Under the pieces are notes generated by a model. That model was given only the letters and a program-made list of their open reading frames with translations. It had not been told where the DNA came from and made no database searches. Both the position numbers and the translations under genes were made by a program. Positions 61,400 to 64,000 of a DNA stretch of 64,000 nucleotides are shown in pieces; position 1 is the first letter of the stretch, and every line of letters starts with the position of its first letter. Source of the stretch: Eledone cirrhosa (lineage: Eukaryota); contig OZ024742.1 in NCBI GenBank assembly GCA_964016885.1, forward strand, positions 86,862,001-86,926,000, in the 5' to 3' direction.

Positions 61400-62820
61400 G
61401 TAAAAAGAATGATAAATTACCAAGATAACAGAAGAATCTTTCCTTAGGAAATTTAACGATCCCAAGTATTTTCGGGTTTACAAACCCATTATCAAGGGAA
61501 TAACCCTATGAGAGACTTAAAAATCGATCGGATAGTATTCCTTGTATGGAAGCAGTTTTAAGCTAAATGAAATGAAAAGACTTTAAAATTACGAACGGGT
61601 GCGTTGTGAAATAATATGACATAAGTATGATATATGCATGTGTGTGCGTAAATGTTTGTATGCGTGTGCATGAATATAAGTTTATGTAGTGAAAGATGTG
61701 TGCGAATATGTATATAATAAAACGGGAAAAATATGTGTGAGATATATGTTCGGGTGTGTGTGAGTCTAAGTCTGTTTGCCTAGTGAGGACAGATTTAATT
61801 CACTACATTAATTTGAAGAAAATGTCCTATTGCATCTGGACTCCAGTCGACATCCGTATCTGGATTAAAAACTAATATACAATAAAATATTGCAAGATAG
61901 GCATAATACTTATTGATATCAGGAGAATCATTGTAATATCATTTTATTCATCGTTGATGAAAAATATTTCCTAAAAAGAATTTAGGCACTTAATTGCATT
62001 GTCTATATCTCCATATAATGCGCAATTACTGTTTTCGAAAACCAAGAGTTAGACCAGTGTATGACCAATGGGTCTCATTTTACAATTACTATTTGTCATT
62101 ACCATCATAACTATACAACACGCACTTAAGAAACCTACAGTGGGCTACCAATGAAGAAGGAAATATCTGTAAATGCATTTCCTGAAAACGTTTGTGAAGT
62201 GTCGCGAAATACTCTGTTTAATATGAAAGCAGCCTGTAGTGGAATAAGGCTGTCGTCTCGAGATACCAATGTCAAACCAGGTGACAGTTGATATAAATAT
62301 TTAGTGCGTTTAGAACTGGTTGGTAGTTTACATGAAAAGAAAGATTAGAGAGATATATTTGAAATGAATAAGAATTACATTAAAATCCATCTGAATGCGA
62401 GTAATTTAGTCAGTACAAATATCCCGTCAGTTACGGAGGCTACATTTACTCTGTGCATTTTCGGGTGGAGTAAAGAAAAATTTCGAAGTTGGATAAAAGG
62501 ATAAGTAAGTTAATGGCATTTTACAGAACATGTACCCCACCACAAATGTAAGTAGATTGTCCAGAAAGAGGAATATTGTTGGTGGAGGTCTCGTCAGTGG
62601 TAATCAAGTTCAAAGGAGAAACATTACACACTATTTGAAAAATTGTGACTAATAATTGTTGCAATATGCGGCAGAAGATATTGGTACAAATGCATATGAA
62701 ACAGTTTGTAAAGAAGAGTTTAAACAAAGAGTTGACCAGAAGATAAAAGAACTTGTAGAAATGAGAATGCATGGTCAGTGTGATGGAAAGACATAGGATA
62801 TGGAACGTGTTGTATCTCAT
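61400..62820 (-). pseudogene. Decayed CUB-like N-terminal region of a secreted or receptor protein
   Basis: YICGGVHVL / MPLTYLSFYP..KCS..RIQMDF and NPDTDVDWSPDAIGHFLQINVVELNL resemble CUB segments; stops and frameshifts. Confidence 0.35.
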
Positions 62821-64000
62821 CTATGTATATGGTCTCCATATTTCCGATTGAATTATTGCACTAATTCTTTGGATTCTTTTCTTTAAATCTTATTCAAAGA
62901 ATTAATTTCGATTCTAACTTAATTCATAGCTTGCACAGAACGTAATCGTAACAATTTATTACAGATGTGCTTTAAGATATTAAATTCTAAAAATAATTTG
63001 AAGACGAAACCAGTATAAATATTTAGTCAACACAGTTTATAAACATTGAAATAACCAGTTTTTATATAGCCTGAGTATAAATGTACAATAACAACTTGCA
63101 CTGAATTAGAAAAAAAAATGTATTGAATTCATTAAAAACAAAATTATAATAACAAAATCATCATTACATGGTTATTATATTTACATTTCTGACAATATAT
63201 TTCTCCGACGTAAAACCTTTTTTTTTAAATGCAAATAACCAAAATTAATAATTCCATTGTAGACATATTTTTTTTAATAGTTCCCAGTGTCAATAGGCAG
63301 TTTAAATAGACAATTATCTTAATACGCATTCATTTATAATGTGTTCACTTAATACTGACAATCGGTTATGAGAAAACATATACTCTTGTAAGAATAACAA
63401 TGCACCATTAAAATTCCTATAAACATTACCTAGAAAATTGTCTAATCTCGTTATCATTGACATTCATCATTATAGACCGAAAATAATATATATATAAATA
63501 GAGGAATACGATACGAAGCACTAATAAATAAGGTGCAGGTAAAATATGATAAAGCTACAACCGACAAAACTTTCTTACTTGAAAGATGGGAATAAATCAA
63601 TGTGCATCGACGAGAACGAGTGATCCCTGATTTTGTACGCACGCAAATGTGCGCAGCCATATTAACCCAATATGTTTCGTGACTGAAGACAGATTCAATA
63701 CTCGCTACATTTAACCTAATTTCTAACAAAAAAAGGATGTAGTGAATAATAACTTAGTAAGACGTAGATTAAAAGGAATATAGATCTTAGTATATTGTAA
63801 ACATGTGTTCGTAAATATGTTAACCTCTTTTACAATGATAGTGTAAGCGGCGTCTGGGATACAACTAGTGCATGTCAGATGTTTAGTACCACCATCTAGG
63901 AGAGTTAATATATTTGCGGGAGATAATAAAGGCATTTACATACACAGGCATATTTTATAATTTTAATTACGAATGCATGCTAATAATACACTTTCTTCAA

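Noticed and set aside
62521-62820. Intact 99-aa gene
   Set aside because: The frame stops just after the CGG motif and continues only by frameshift; treated as part of the pseudogene relic.

Overview
AT-rich, non-coding animal genomic DNA saturated with (TA)n microsatellites. The SINE family and repeat content suggest an octopod cephalopod (inference). No intact host gene is visible, and most ORF-track entries are microsatellite translations. The window is a nested pile of mobile elements: seven Penelope-like retroelement (PLE) copies with decayed RT/GIY-YIG coding sequence, two internally deleted Helitrons of one family, RTE-type LINE fragments (one with a twin-priming inversion) and tRNA-derived SINEs. 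Between them are scattered, heavily decayed minus-strand remnants resembling a CUB/C-type lectin/LDLa/LRR/7TM (GRL101-like) receptor. The main signal, read by eye, is about 30 complete, mutated or half type I hammerhead ribozyme (HHR) motifs from at least 12 sequence families. They sit in PLE pseudo-LTRs and in small non-coding, TA-embedded, terminally redundant or fold-back elements resembling retrozymes. They include two unrelated families with a compensated U3-A8 core, several with 75-110 nt stem II extensions, and family-specific palindromic stem III sequences. One insertion starts exactly at a predicted self-cleavage site. All structures were assigned manually; no folding or database search was run, and coordinates of decayed elements are approximate.
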